NCBI GenBank assembly: GCA_045657165.1
Contig: JAZOSP010000035.1
Span: 1 to 53,633 of the forward strand
DNA from: Eubacteriales bacterium
GTDB taxonomy: Bacteria; Bacillota; Clostridia; Oscillospirales; CAG-272
Direction: 5' to 3'
Length of the DNA stretch: 53,633 bases
Shown: piece after piece, positions 1 to 7,830 of the stretch
Layout: each line of letters begins with the position of its first letter
Numbering within the stretch: position 1 is the stretch's first letter
Notes under the pieces: model-generated
The model's input: only the letters and a program-made list of their open reading frames with translations
Database searches by the model: none
What the model was told of the DNA's origin: nothing
Translations under genes and position numbers: made by a program

Positions 1-1
1 G

Positions 2-739
2 TGTAATATTGTGGCGGGTAATGAAACAATTCCCTTAAATCAAGGTGAAATGTATTTTCACAAGCCATACGAGCGTCATATGCTCAAAACCATAAAGGGG
101 ATTGCGCCAAATATTTTTATAATTACCTTTTCATCTTTTTCCCCTGCCATGCGATATTTTGAAAACAGAAAAATCTCGGCTTCAATGGAGACGAAGCAGC
201 ATATAGCAGCAATAATACACGAGGCGTCGAGCACCTTTGACCTTCCCTTCAATAACCCCAAAATGCAGGGTCTGAAGCTCCGCGAGGAGGGAGCGCTTTG
301 GGCAGGACAGCAAACAGTGCTTTTACGACTCGAGCTTATGCTGATAGAAATAGTTCGCTCAAACCATTATTATACCGCTTCGAGTAAGCGTTTTTCACCA
401 AAAGACACGATTGACGACGAGTTCGTCCTTAAAATTATCGCCTATATGGAAAAACACCTTTACGGCAAATTTACAATGGACGACCTAAGCCGTGAGCTGT
501 CATTTGGAAAAACCTACATATCACGTTGCTTTACCAAGGCCTGCGGCTCGTCAATCATAGATTATTTTGCTACTATGAAGATAAATGAGGCAAAGCGACT
601 GATAAGAGAGACGAAATACAACTTTTTTGAGATTTCCGAGATGCTTATGTTTTCAAACTCACACTATTTCTCGACCATATTCAAAAAGCATACCGGAATG
701 ACCCCCTCACAGTATAAAAAATCCTGTAGGCAAAGTTAA
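2..739 (+). CDS. AraC-family transcriptional regulator (5'-truncated by window edge)
   Basis: Frame is open from base 2. N-terminal cupin-like ligand domain (LNQGEMYFHKPYERH) and C-terminal double HTH (ISEMLMFSNSHYFSTIFKKHTGMTPSQYK). Confidence 0.9.
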   Translation, partial: CNIVAGNETIPLNQGEMYFHKPYERHMLKTIKGIAPNIFIITFSSFSPAMRYFENRKISASMETKQHIAAIIHEASSTFDLPFNNPKMQGLKLREEGALWAGQQTVLLRLELMLIEIVRSNHYYTASSKRFSPKDTIDDEFVLKIIAYMEKHLYGKFTMDDLSRELSFGKTYISRCFTKACGSSIIDYFATMKINEAKRLIRETKYNFFEISEMLMFSNSHYFSTIFKKHTGMTPSQYKKSCRQS

Positions 740-743
740 TATT

Positions 744-775
744 AAAAGCGAGGCAACAATTCTGCCTCGCTTTTT
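744..775. terminator. Bidirectional intrinsic terminator
   Basis: AAAAGCGAGGCA-loop-TGCCTCGCTTTTT between convergent genes, with T-tracts on both strands. Confidence 0.85.
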
Positions 776-784
776 GTGTCATAA

Positions 785-1510
785 TTAATTATCTTTGTAT
801 GCAACAGCAATTGTTGCACCTATTATTTCCTTAGCACCCATTCCTCGTATTGACATAGCAGACGCTGCCATAGAGGCTCCCGTTGTCACTATATCATCAA
901 CGAGTATGACCCTGCGCCCCGTAAGGTCAAGGTCGCGCTTTGGGGAGACCTCAGCATTCTTTAACCTATCAATGCCGTGCATTGCCTTTTGCGGAAGAGT
1001 CGCCTTGGATACAAGAAGTTCTTTATACTCTGCGCCGAAATGCTTTGCAAGTGCCCGTGCAAGCTCGCCCGAGTGGTCAATTCCATATTCAACTATCGCA
1101 CGCCGCCTTCGCGGTACGTTTGTAAAAAGATATTTTTGCGGGCATCCGACCGAAGAGGAAATTGTACCTGCAAGCTCCTCGGTCAAAAAATTCAACACAT
1201 CACGGCGATTATCCTTTTTAAGACTGTAAATCAGACTGTTCGCGGCAAGATTTTCATCAGAATTTATATATCTATATAGCTTTACAAGCCGCTTTACGCA
1301 ATGTGATGACAGGAAGTTGTTCGAGCAGTCGCACCTATAAAGCACCTGCGAGCAGCGCGAGCAGTTGCGGTCCTTCGTATTCTCATACGAGATTCGACAC
1401 ACGGGACAGAGTCCTTGCACATGAAAATCGAGCGGTTCTCCGCACGACACACACCTTGGAACCGAGAGTAAATGTAAGAGTCTTTCGAAAAAAACGCTCG
1501 CACGGCTCAT
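785..1510 (-). CDS. comF: ComF family protein (zinc ribbon plus PRTase domain)
   Basis: N-terminal CxxC pairs; PRTase motif VILVDDIVTTGASM; start overlaps the glnS stop (ATGA). Confidence 0.85.
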   Translation of the reverse strand: MSRASVFFERLLHLLSVPRCVSCGEPLDFHVQGLCPVCRISYENTKDRNCSRCSQVLYRCDCSNNFLSSHCVKRLVKLYRYINSDENLAANSLIYSLKKDNRRDVLNFLTEELAGTISSSVGCPQKYLFTNVPRRRRAIVEYGIDHSGELARALAKHFGAEYKELLVSKATLPQKAMHGIDRLKNAEVSPKRDLDLTGRRVILVDDIVTTGASMAASAMSIRGMGAKEIIGATIAVAYKDN

Positions 1511-3177
1511 TTTGCCGCCTTGGGGAAGCTATCCTTGAGACCTACTATTTTGTTAAAGCACCCTTCCCTTTTCGTGTCCTTGACAAAGTAGCCAACTCTT
1601 ACAAACTGGAAGCGCTCGCCGGGCTTCGCCTCGTCAAGCGACGGCTCGATTTTACAGCCACAAACCTTGACTGCCGAGGCGGTGTTAAGATAATCGTCAT
1701 AGGTCTTGTCCTCGGGAATATCTGCCGTATTTTCGATATCAAAGAGGAAATCGTAAAGCATAACGTCGCACTCCTTTGCATAAGCCGAGGAGAGCCAGTG
1801 AATTGTGCCCTTAACCTTTCTGCCGTCGGTAGGCATACCGTTGCCGGTTTCAAGGTCGGCAGTACAGCGAATTTCTACTATATTGCCGCTGTCGTCTTTG
1901 ACGATCTCGTTACACTTAACTATATAAGCACCCATAAGGCGAACCTCGCCGCCCGGTTTCATTCTGAAGAACTTGGGAGGCGGCACTTCGGCAAAATCAT
2001 CTGCGTCAATATAAAGCTCACGGGTAAAGGGCAGCTTTCTCGTGCCTTGCTCGGGATGGGTCGGATTGTTTGCAAGCTCAAAATATTCAACCTTATCCTC
2101 GGGATAATTGGTTATAACAACCTTAATCGGATGTAAAATCGCAATTCTTCTCTCAGCGGTATCGTTGAGCTCCTCGCGAATGCAGTGCTCGAGCAGCTCG
2201 TAGTCAACTATGCTGTAAGCCTTGGCAACACCCGCGCGGGATACGAAATCAAAAATCGCAGAAGGCGTGTATCCGCGCCTGCGAAGACCCGAAAGCGTAG
2301 GCATTCTCGGGTCGTCCCAACCGTCAACGAGACCTGTTTCAACAAGCTTTCGAAGATATCTTTTTGACATCACAGTATGCGTTACGTTGAGTCTTGCAAA
2401 CTCGCGCTGCTTCGGCTTTACCGCAAGGGGCGGGTCGAACTCTACGTTATCTATCACCCAATCGTAAAGCGGGCGGTGGTTTTCAAACTCAATTGAGCAA
2501 AGAGAATGGGTTATCCCCTCGGTCGCGTCCTGAATTGGATGAGCGTAATCGTAAAGAGGATATATACACCACTTACTTCCTTGCCTGTGATGGTCGGTGT
2601 GAACTATACGGTAGATAGCAGGGTCGCGCATATTCATATTCGAGGAGGACATATCAATCTTCGCGCGCAGAGTTTTTGCTCCGTCGGGGAATTCCCCATT
2701 TTTCATTCGCTCGAATAAATCGAGGTTTTCCTCGACGCTACGCGTTCGATAGGGGCTGTCCTTGCCGGGCTCGGTGAGCGTTCCGCGATACTCACGCATC
2801 TCGTCAGCCGTGAGGTCGCAGACGTATGCCTTCCCTGCCTTGATAAGTCCTACTGCGTACTCGTAGCATCTATCAAAGTAGTCGGAGCCGTAAAAAACTC
2901 CGCCACTCGGCTCACAGCCAAGCCACGTGAGATCCTCGTAAATGCTCTCGACGTACTCGTTATCCTCTTTCGAAGGGTTGGTATCATCGTAACGCAGGTT
3001 GAACTTACCGCCGTATTTTTTTGCGGTCATAGCGTTAATCCATATAGCCTTCGCGGAGCCGATATGAAGATAACCGTTAGGCTCAGGGGGGAAACGCGTA
3101 TGAATCTTGAGCTCGGGATTCTCAGCCAAATCCGCATCGATTATGTCATGAATAAAATTGCTTTTGATTTCTTCCAT
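1507..3177 (-). CDS. glnS: Glutamine--tRNA ligase
   Basis: TRFPPEPNGYLHIG (HIGH motif), MSKR motif, DGWDDPRMPT, C-terminal FQFVRVGYF. Confidence 0.96.
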   Translation of the reverse strand: MEEIKSNFIHDIIDADLAENPELKIHTRFPPEPNGYLHIGSAKAIWINAMTAKKYGGKFNLRYDDTNPSKEDNEYVESIYEDLTWLGCEPSGGVFYGSDYFDRCYEYAVGLIKAGKAYVCDLTADEMREYRGTLTEPGKDSPYRTRSVEENLDLFERMKNGEFPDGAKTLRAKIDMSSSNMNMRDPAIYRIVHTDHHRQGSKWCIYPLYDYAHPIQDATEGITHSLCSIEFENHRPLYDWVIDNVEFDPPLAVKPKQREFARLNVTHTVMSKRYLRKLVETGLVDGWDDPRMPTLSGLRRRGYTPSAIFDFVSRAGVAKAYSIVDYELLEHCIREELNDTAERRIAILHPIKVVITNYPEDKVEYFELANNPTHPEQGTRKLPFTRELYIDADDFAEVPPPKFFRMKPGGEVRLMGAYIVKCNEIVKDDSGNIVEIRCTADLETGNGMPTDGRKVKGTIHWLSSAYAKECDVMLYDFLFDIENTADIPEDKTYDDYLNTASAVKVCGCKIEPSLDEAKPGERFQFVRVGYFVKDTKREGCFNKIVGLKDSFPKAAK

Positions 3178-3188
3178 CTTAAAATCCT

Positions 3189-3797
3189 CTACCTTAAATG
3201 TACGTATTTCTTAAAATCTGCGACCGTTGTGGGTCCGCCGTGCCCAGGGTAAAGCGCTAACCCGTCATCAAGTGCCATTATCGCTTTTATCGAGACCTTC
3301 AGTTGCTCGTAGTTACCACCTGGCAAATCCCATCTGCCGTAGCCACCGCCCTCAAAGACGGTGTCGCCAACAAAGGCTGAGTCGCTATGGAGTAAAATCA
3401 CCGAGCCGTGAGTGTGCCCCGGTGTTTCTATTACCGAAATCACCTCGCTGCCTAGGTGAAAACAGTCGCCGCCTCGCATAACCGATACGTCGCCGAAATA
3501 GCCGCAGTCCCTGCCACAAAAAAGCTGGTAACAGTTGCGGTACGAATCGCGAAGAGCATCCTTGTCACCGTGAGAGACGTAGACCGTAGCACCCGTTGCC
3601 TCTGCCCACGAATCAATATTCAACATATGGTCAAAGTGGGCATGAGTTAAAAAGATATATTTCAGTTTCCCACCGCAAAGATAGCGAGGCGAATACTCTG
3701 CCGACGGATCTATTACCGCATACTCGCCGTCAGAACCTATAATATAGGTGTTCGAGGCAAAAGCGCTGCCAGACGTGGCACAACATACAGAAAGCAT
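3189..3797 (-). CDS. MBL-fold metallo-hydrolase (glyoxalase II/YqgX-like)
   Basis: THAHFDH, TPGHTHG, GDTVF and PGHG motifs. Confidence 0.9.
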   Translation of the reverse strand: MLSVCCATSGSAFASNTYIIGSDGEYAVIDPSAEYSPRYLCGGKLKYIFLTHAHFDHMLNIDSWAEATGATVYVSHGDKDALRDSYRNCYQLFCGRDCGYFGDVSVMRGGDCFHLGSEVISVIETPGHTHGSVILLHSDSAFVGDTVFEGGGYGRWDLPGGNYEQLKVSIKAIMALDDGLALYPGHGGPTTVADFKKYVHLR

Positions 3798-3823
3798 AAT
3801 ATGTCCTCTCTTTAATACTATTT

Positions 3824-3852
3824 AGTATAACATATATAAAGCGAAAAGTCCA
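3824..3852 (-). promoter_or_regulatory. Sigma-A promoter of MBL-glnS-comF
   Basis: TGGACT-N17-TATACT with extended -10 TG. Confidence 0.6.
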
Positions 3853-3948
3853 GCATTTTCGTCAACTTTTTAATAAAAAGGCATAAACTGTTACTACATT
3901 CATTACGTGAATGTAGTTGTGCTATGGCACAAGGAAGGAGTTTCGGAC

Positions 3949-4185
3949 TTGAATACAATTATAGTTTCGGTTGGAACCGTCACTTACGCTATGAAGGCGA
4001 GAAAGCTGCTCCTAAAGAACGGAATTCAGTCAAAACTCATAAAGTCAGACTCATCGGATAAGGGCACGGGTTGCACACACGGCATTGAAATTTCAAACAA
4101 AGACTACTTCGAAGCAGTCAGAATTCTCGGAGAGGGTGGAATAAAATATTCCGTTCCCCCCTCAAGAATTGATATATTACGATAA
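3949..4185 (+). CDS. DUF3343-like small protein
   Basis: TTG start 8 nt after AAGGAG; SVGTVTYAMKARKLL...GCTHGIEI pattern; overlaps the next gene. Confidence 0.75.
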   Translation: MNTIIVSVGTVTYAMKARKLLLKNGIQSKLIKSDSSDKGTGCTHGIEISNKDYFEAVRILGEGGIKYSVPPSRIDILR

Positions 4186-5287
4186 CGCCGCAACAAGCTT
4201 CCCCAAGCCAAGATGTGTCATTGAAAGATTAAATTCTTGTCTAAAAAGATACTGCGGAAATCCCGGAAGAAGCTCTCATGTGCTTGCCTCACGTGCGGCA
4301 GATGAGATATACTCAGTGCGTGAGAGAGTTGCGGAGCTTCTGAACGTCTCGGAGTGCGAGGGAGTTGTTTTCACCTATAACGCAACCTACGCACTGAATA
4401 TGTCTATAAAAACTCTGATACGGAAAAAGTGCCACGTTATAATTTCTGACGTTGAGCACAATTCTGTCATAAGACCGCTTGAGGCACTCAAAAAGAAGCT
4501 CGGGATAGAATACGAGTGCTTTTCCACGGACGGAGACGTACGAGCAAACATCGAGCGTATAATACGCCCTGATACGTCCTGTATTGTTTCGACACTCGCA
4601 TCGAACGTCACGGGTAAGGAGATTTCGGAGAGGCAACTGTCAAGCATAGCCGCCCAGCACGGGCTCGACCTGATACTCGATGCATCGCAAGCGATAGGAC
4701 ACAGAAAAATTGATCTTGCGGCTTGCCCCTGCTCTGCTCTTTGCGCTCCTGCGCATAAGGGGCTCTACGGAATACAGGGCTGCGGCTTTACCGTGTTCCG
4801 AGACCTTGAACGGCGGGCAGAATTTATAGAGGGCGGCAGTGGCAGCGAGAGTATCAGCAGATCTATGCCGTCGCTTCTGCCAGAGGGTTATGAGGCGGGA
4901 ACACTCTCAACCCCGGCAATTTGCGCCCTTGGAGCAGGCATTGATTATATAAACCAATTAGGACTATCCGAAATCAAGAAAAGAACAGAGAGAGTTGCCC
5001 TTGAAATAAAAAAACGTATAGACGCCGTGCACGGCACAGTTCTTTATCCCTCGTATGGAAGCATAGTTTCCTTTAATCTTAAAGGGCTCTCTTCCTCAGA
5101 GCTTGCGCGCGCCCTTGATGCTCATTCGGTGTGTGTACGCGCAGGGCTTCACTGTGCTCCAAGCGCTCATGAGCGACTTGGAACAATCGATGGCGGTACG
5201 GTCAGAATATCTCTCTCCGCCTTCAATAGTCTTAGCGAGGTAGATAAATTTTATAAGACACTAAAAAGCATATCCGCAAGTATATAA
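4169..5287 (+). CDS. Cysteine desulfurase-family PLP enzyme (aminotransferase class V)
   Basis: IYYDNAATSFPKP, DASQ, PAHK (PLP lysine), RAGLHCAP (catalytic Cys, group II type). Confidence 0.9.
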   Translation: MIYYDNAATSFPKPRCVIERLNSCLKRYCGNPGRSSHVLASRAADEIYSVRERVAELLNVSECEGVVFTYNATYALNMSIKTLIRKKCHVIISDVEHNSVIRPLEALKKKLGIEYECFSTDGDVRANIERIIRPDTSCIVSTLASNVTGKEISERQLSSIAAQHGLDLILDASQAIGHRKIDLAACPCSALCAPAHKGLYGIQGCGFTVFRDLERRAEFIEGGSGSESISRSMPSLLPEGYEAGTLSTPAICALGAGIDYINQLGLSEIKKRTERVALEIKKRIDAVHGTVLYPSYGSIVSFNLKGLSSSELARALDAHSVCVRAGLHCAPSAHERLGTIDGGTVRISLSAFNSLSEVDKFYKTLKSISASI

Positions 5288-5320
5288 GCGAGATGCCGAC
5301 CGAAGTCGGCATCTCGCTTA
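5285..5320. terminator. Perfect 16-bp hairpin between convergent genes
   Basis: TAAGCGAGATGCCGAC-CGAA-GTCGGCATCTCGCTTA. Both stop codons sit at the stem base; there is no adjacent T-tract. Confidence 0.65.
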
Positions 5321-5827
5321 CCTGTTTTTCATTACTGATCTAATTTTTCTCTCTGCAATATACTGATATTTCGTATACGCTGTTCCATCACAGTTTATCG
5401 TTATATCAGCATACTTTTCAAAAAGCGGAGCTCGCTCAAGATATAAGTCATGAATGGTCTGCCCGTCCTTGAGAACTATGCCTCGCTTGGAAAAATCTCC
5501 GAGCCGCTCGACGAGAACCTCGGGGCTTACGTAAAGATAAACGATTATTCCGTTTTCCTTAAAGTGCTGCATTACGCTGTCGTAATACACGGCACTGCCA
5601 CCAGGGGAGACAATAAGATTTTCACCCACAATGGAAAGGAGCGTTTCCTCCTCAATGCGCTTAAAAGCCTCAAGCCCGTCCTCGTTTATAATATCCTGTA
5701 GCTTACGCCCTGTGCGTCGCTCTATGAGACGGTCACCGTCAAGCGTCTTCATACCCAGCCTTCGCGAGAGGGCACGTCCCATACATGATTTACCGGAGCC
5801 TGGCATACCGATAAGTGTGATAGTCAT
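5318..5827 (-). CDS. aroK: Shikimate kinase
   Basis: Walker A GMPGSGKS, VSPGGS; start moved to MTITLIG, downstream of GGAG. Confidence 0.9.
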   Translation of the reverse strand: MTITLIGMPGSGKSCMGRALSRRLGMKTLDGDRLIERRTGRKLQDIINEDGLEAFKRIEEETLLSIVGENLIVSPGGSAVYYDSVMQHFKENGIIVYLYVSPEVLVERLGDFSKRGIVLKDGQTIHDLYLERAPLFEKYADITINCDGTAYTKYQYIAERKIRSVMKNR

Positions 5828-5894
5828 AAAAGAATCTCCAAATTGTACGTCAAAAGAATAAGCAATTGCCAAGGTTGACAAACTGCCTTGATTT

Positions 5895-7817
5895 TTATAG
5901 GTGTTTCTTCAATTTTACACCGCAACCGACAGATGAAACGAAGATTTTTGCCTCAAGTGGCGATAGAACAAACGACGAGTCGGTTTCTCTACTGCTCAGA
6001 GAAAACGCAGGCGTATCAAAGTCGATTTTTATACGCGAATCCGAGTTGTTATACACAGTGAGGTAAGCGTCATTATCCTTGTATCTTGAAAACAGCAGTA
6101 AATCTCTTTCAAGAATATGAAGCTTGAATTCCCCGTTCCGATACACGTCACAATCTTTGCGGATTTGACCCATCTTTTTGTAATGGGCTACGAGGTCCTC
6201 CTCCTCTTTTCCCCACGGATACGGCATACGGTTAAACGGGTCACTGTATCCCTCGAGTCCCGCCTCGTCGCCGTAATATACGGTAGGAATGCCCGGCAGA
6301 GTCGTGATAACAGTGTATGCAGCCTTAAGGCGCTTTATAGCAAGCGCTCTTACCTTGGGCGACATGCGCTTTTTCGAAAGATATTCGTTGCTCTTGCCCT
6401 CACACGATTCGCCCCCAAGCGCTGTCAGGATTCTCGCGGTGTCGTGAGTACCGAGCAAATTCATCTGTGCATCCCTGATTCTTTTCGGCGCATTGCTTAT
6501 AACGTCGGTGAGCGCGAATCTTAAGGCGTCGGTTTCCGCGCGGGTGATATAATCAATAATACCGCGCCTTAGTGGGTAATTCATAACACCGTCGAGCTCT
6601 GCACCTTGGTAATAGCGCTTTCGCTTACCGTAAGCAATTTTGTTTGACGCATCCTCCCATACCTCGCCGTAAAGCACCGATTCTCCATGCGCGGAGAGTG
6701 TTTTCTTAATCTCTGCGATAAAGTCGTCGGATAGCTCGTCTGCAACGTCAAGACGAAGCCCGTAAATACCGTAGGAAAGATATTTGTCAATAACGCCGCC
6801 ATCACCCACAAAATAACGTCGACACTCCGGCTTGTCGGGATTTATACGCGGAAGAATTTCAATATCCCACCACGAGGTATATTTGTCGGGATATTCCTTG
6901 AAATCGTACCACGAGTAGTACGGCGAATCCTTTGATTGATATGCGCCAAGGGTATCGTACCTGCCGTACTTATTGAAATATATGCTATCGGAGCCTGTGT
7001 GGTTGAATACTCCGTCAAGTATTATGCGTATACCGCGCCCACGCGCGGCAGCGATAAGCCGCAGCAGTGCTGAATCACCGCCGAAAATCGGATCGACCGA
7101 CATATAATCGGCTGTATCGTATTTATGATTTGACGGCGATTTGAAAACAGGACTTAAATAAAGTAACGTAACGCCGAGCGAGCAAAGATAATCAAGCTTC
7201 CCCACAATACCGTCAAGCGTCCCGCCGTAAAAAGTATTATTCTTCAAGGGCGCGCCGGGAAAATCTGGATACTCAGGTATGCCGTGCGAGAAATCCGCGA
7301 GCACCGCACCGTCGGGGATCTCTGATTCGCCGCCACGGCAAAAGCGATCTACAAAAACATGGTATATGACACCGCCGTAGAGACCTTCGGGCGAGGGATA
7401 TTTGAAATCCGCGACGGTAAGCTGGGGCAACTCGCGCGAGGAGCTATCGGTATCAAAAATCAGGTTTTCGCCGCACCGACGTCCAAATCGCGTGCCAAAC
7501 GCTCCGCGCACCGAGAAGCGAAGGAAGAAGAGTCCAACACCTATATTTTCGGCGCGAGTTTCAAACACGTATTCGTCACAACCAAAGGATATCCCGTACC
7601 ACACGCCCGTAAGCGTAGCTATGGTCTTGTCGCATGACTCGTTCATAACGTCAACCGTCGCTGAAATTACGCCAAGGGCGCGAGGCACCGAGAGTATTAT
7701 TTTAATATTATCGGCTACTTCAAATGCCGAATAGGAACATTCACCGCCCGAATGATGAAATCTGATAGATGCGCGCGGCTTTATCGCTCCTCCTGTAAAC
7801 AGTCTGAGGTTTTTCAC
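5895..7817 (-). CDS. GH13 alpha-glycosidase (neopullulanase/cyclomaltodextrinase-like)
   Basis: DGVFNH, GLRLDVADE, GEVWE, LGTHD conserved regions; lies in the glycogen operon. Confidence 0.9.
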   Translation of the reverse strand: MKNLRLFTGGAIKPRASIRFHHSGGECSYSAFEVADNIKIILSVPRALGVISATVDVMNESCDKTIATLTGVWYGISFGCDEYVFETRAENIGVGLFFLRFSVRGAFGTRFGRRCGENLIFDTDSSSRELPQLTVADFKYPSPEGLYGGVIYHVFVDRFCRGGESEIPDGAVLADFSHGIPEYPDFPGAPLKNNTFYGGTLDGIVGKLDYLCSLGVTLLYLSPVFKSPSNHKYDTADYMSVDPIFGGDSALLRLIAAARGRGIRIILDGVFNHTGSDSIYFNKYGRYDTLGAYQSKDSPYYSWYDFKEYPDKYTSWWDIEILPRINPDKPECRRYFVGDGGVIDKYLSYGIYGLRLDVADELSDDFIAEIKKTLSAHGESVLYGEVWEDASNKIAYGKRKRYYQGAELDGVMNYPLRRGIIDYITRAETDALRFALTDVISNAPKRIRDAQMNLLGTHDTARILTALGGESCEGKSNEYLSKKRMSPKVRALAIKRLKAAYTVITTLPGIPTVYYGDEAGLEGYSDPFNRMPYPWGKEEEDLVAHYKKMGQIRKDCDVYRNGEFKLHILERDLLLFSRYKDNDAYLTVYNNSDSRIKIDFDTPAFSLSSRETDSSFVLSPLEAKIFVSSVGCGVKLKKHL

Positions 7818-7830
7818 CTATGAACCTCTG

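Noticed and set aside
1303-2136. Long antisense/alternate-frame ORFs (e.g. 1303-2136, 23874-24470, 31839-32390, 40946-41599, 49661-50242)
   Set aside because: They lie opposite well-conserved genes, lack RBSs and motifs, and are typical shadow ORFs.
3178-3860. T-box leader for glnS
   Set aside because: No T-box consensus is visible and there is no space; glnS is 11 nt from the MBL gene.
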